The position numbers and the translations under genes were made by a program. 64,000 bases of DNA, taken from NCBI GenBank assembly GCA_024679065.1, contig JAGIQG010000006.1:130014001-130078000 (forward strand), written 5' to 3'. Below, piece after piece: positions 61,395 through 64,000 of this stretch; position 1 is the stretch's first letter, and each line of letters begins with the position of its first letter. The stretch comes from Sphyrna mokarran (taxonomy: Eukaryota). Below the pieces are notes generated by a model. It was not told where the DNA came from. It was given only the letters and a program-made list of their open reading frames with translations, and searched no databases.

Positions 61395-62900
61395 ATCAAG
61401 GAACAAAGAACTGTACAGCACAGGAACAGGCTCTTTGGCCCATCAAGTCTGTGCTAATACAGTTATCTCTCTCATCTAATATTTTCTCACCACATTCCTC
61501 TATTCCCTGCCTATTCATGTATCTATCCAGATGCCCATTGAACGTTGTCATAGAATCTGCTTCTACCACTACCTCCAACAGCACATTTGTCAGTTCTGTG
61601 TGAAAATCTTGCCCCTTACATCTCTTTTAAACTTTTCCATCTCACCTTCAACCTTTGCCTGCAAGTAATTCTTCCAGATGATTTTTCCAGATGTGAGTAC
61701 ATCCTGTCCCTAAGAATCTTCCCTAATAATTTTCCCCATCATTGATGTAAGGCTCACAGGCCTGTAATTTCCCAGACTGTCTCTTCTGCCCTTCTTAAAC
61801 AGAGGAACAATGTTTGCTACTCTCCAGTCTCTGGTATCTTACCGTGACTAAATGGGATACAAAGATTTTGGCAATTTCTCCCCTCACTTCTCTCAGTATT
61901 CTGGAATAGACCCTATGTGGCCCTGGAGACTTGTCCACTTTACTGTTTTTCAAAATCTCCAGTATCTCCTCCCTTTTTATCTGAACATGTCCTAAAATAT
62001 CAACATCCTTTTCCTTTGTGAATACTGATGCAAAGTACTCATCAAGGACCTCACACACCTCACCTGGCTCCACACACACATTCCCTCCATATCCTTGAAT
62101 GCACCCACCCTTTCCTTAGCTACCCTCATCCTCCTTATATACATGTAAAAAGCCTTGGGATTCTACTTACTGCTGCCTGCCAAGGACATTTTATGCTCCT
62201 TTTAGCCCTCCTAAGTCTCTGTTTAGGCTTTTTCCTGCTCTCTTTGTATTCCTCAAGAGTTTTATCCATTTTCAATTTTCTGAAATTTATGTATGCCTGC
62301 TTTTTCATTAAGCTCACAATCTGTCATCATCCAGGGTTCCCGAATCTTGCCATCTTTACAGGGACATACTTATCCTGAATTATTAACAACTGACTGTTAA
62401 AAGATTCCCACATATCGGATGTGATTTGCCCTCAAACAACTGACCTTGTCTACATTCCATAGTTCTTGCCTAATATTGTCATAGCCTTCCGCTAGTTTAG
62501 CACTTTCACTCTGGGACTACTTCTATCCTTTTCTACAATTACCTTGAAACTTACAGAATTGTGGTCACTGTTCCCAATACGTTCCCCACAGAGACATCAA
62601 TCACCTGTCTGGGCTCATTCCCCAGATAGCCCCTTCCCAAGTTGGACTATCTACATATTGTCTCAAAAAAAGCACTCTTGGACATACTGAACAAACTCTG
62701 TCTAGTCCAAGACCCTGACACTAAAAGAATTCCAGTCTACGTTGGGGAAGTTCAAATCACCCATCACAACAACCCCATAGTCTTGACATATTCCCATAAT
62801 TTGCTGATGTATCAGTCCCTTCACACTGGAAGATTTGTGGTATGCCCAACAATGTGATTGCACTGTTCTTGTTCCTGAGTTCTACCCATATACATGGATT
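61395..62900 (-). mobile_element. Degraded, internally deleted CR1 (EN, RT, 3' end)
   Basis: ORF 61795-62079 (-) EVLDEYFASVFTKE...VDKSPGP; TCTACGTTGGGGAAGTTCAAATCACCCAT is the reverse of MGDLNFPNVDW; tail AAGGAACAAAGAACTGTACAGCAC. Confidence 0.85.
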
Positions 62901-64000
62901 CTGGAGAAGCCAGCCTCTGAGTATTTTCAGATTTTCTTGATCAGGTTGGCTTATTGTGGAAATGCAGTTTTGGAAATCCTGAAATAGGGAATTCAAAAAA
63001 AAAGTCGGCTTTACCCTGAGACTGTTGAGAATGTGGAACTCACTGCGGTTGAGGTGAATGCTATTTAGAGATATTTGAATAAGCACCTGTGGAAGAAGGG
63101 AATAGAAGGTTATACTGACAAATGGAAAGAATGGAGGAAACTAAATTAGAGTATAAAGTACTCATGGACTGTTTGCGTCAAATGGCCTATATCTATGCTG
63201 TATACTGTAGTATTTGATAAATACTTTGGCAGAATTTGAAACTTTGGTGAAATAGACAGCCATGTTTCATAGTGAATGGGAGGTGATTGTTCAATCAATG
63301 CATTCACGTGAAGTACATTTATATGTATGTAGAAGATATTTAATGAAATTGATATGTGCGGCTAAAACAATTAGTGCAGACACACGTAGCTAATTGGCCA
63401 TTGCTGTCGGAAATGACTGAACCAAAGTATTTAGCTGCTTATTTATATACAGATTAGTCACACAGTATCTTTATTAACTGAAGTTTCTGGATTACTAGTC
63501 CTGCCAGGAGGACAAAGTTTTTAAATACAACATTGATGTGAGATTTCTGATACTCTGCTGCAATGGTAGGATATAGACAGGTCTGTGTTTATGTGGACAT
63601 CGTAGTTTCTGTTCTGCTGTATTTCTTTTATTCATGTTTATTTAGTCCTGGCCTTAAGGCCCCTCAGCCTCCCCCCTTCAGGTGAATTATTTCAAAGGGC
63701 GGGAGGGAGTCCTGTTTCCCACTTGTTTGCTATAATCCTATCATATCCAAATTTGGACCCTCATAGAGCAATTAGACCAGCCTGTATCTCCTATTTGTAA
63801 TGAGGCTTTCTGCATTTCTGTGTCTATAACCCACGAGCCTTCCCTGATGGGAGATCATTATTCTGGAAGAAACAATGTAAATGTAAATGAATATACTCAT
63901 TAGTGAGTTGCAGAGAAGTCTTTAGTGGTAACATTGTTATAATTCAGTTTGTTATTCCTTTGGTATTCTATGTAGAATTTTTGATAATTCATTATTAGTA

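Noticed and set aside
31854-64000. Next CNTLN exon (expected to resemble EPPVKRSRSLSPK)
   Set aside because: No matching exon recognised by eye; it probably lies beyond the window, though a short diverged exon could have been missed.

Overview
This is eukaryotic, AT-rich, repeat-dense genomic DNA. The repeat families (HE1/V-SINE-like, DeuSINE-like, CR1, Rex1/Babar, Penelope) point to a cartilaginous fish, most likely a shark. The whole window lies inside one + strand gene that I recognise from recalled protein similarity as centlein (CNTLN). Four internal coding exons (3359-3492, 13793-13955, 15667-15861, 31680/31683-31853) splice into one open coiled-coil frame; the first intron has a GC donor and the last exon a NAGNAG acceptor. 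Everything else is intron, and nearly all listed ORFs are retroelement debris or spurious. The most interesting signal is a family of short (about 150-210 bp) fold-back elements derived from Penelope-like terminal repeats that carry minimal hammerhead-ribozyme motifs. One copy (2075-2121) has an apparently complete fold in the sense of the CNTLN pre-mRNA, preceded by a perfect 75-bp antisense arm. Also present: a Penelope RT/GIY-YIG fragment, a decayed endogenous retrovirus (integrase, env TM, PPT, 3' LTR), nested and antiparallel CR1 insertions flanking an in-frame exon, and repeat-free blocks that may be conserved enhancers. All family and gene calls are by eye and from memory; no database search was run, and repeat boundaries are approximate.
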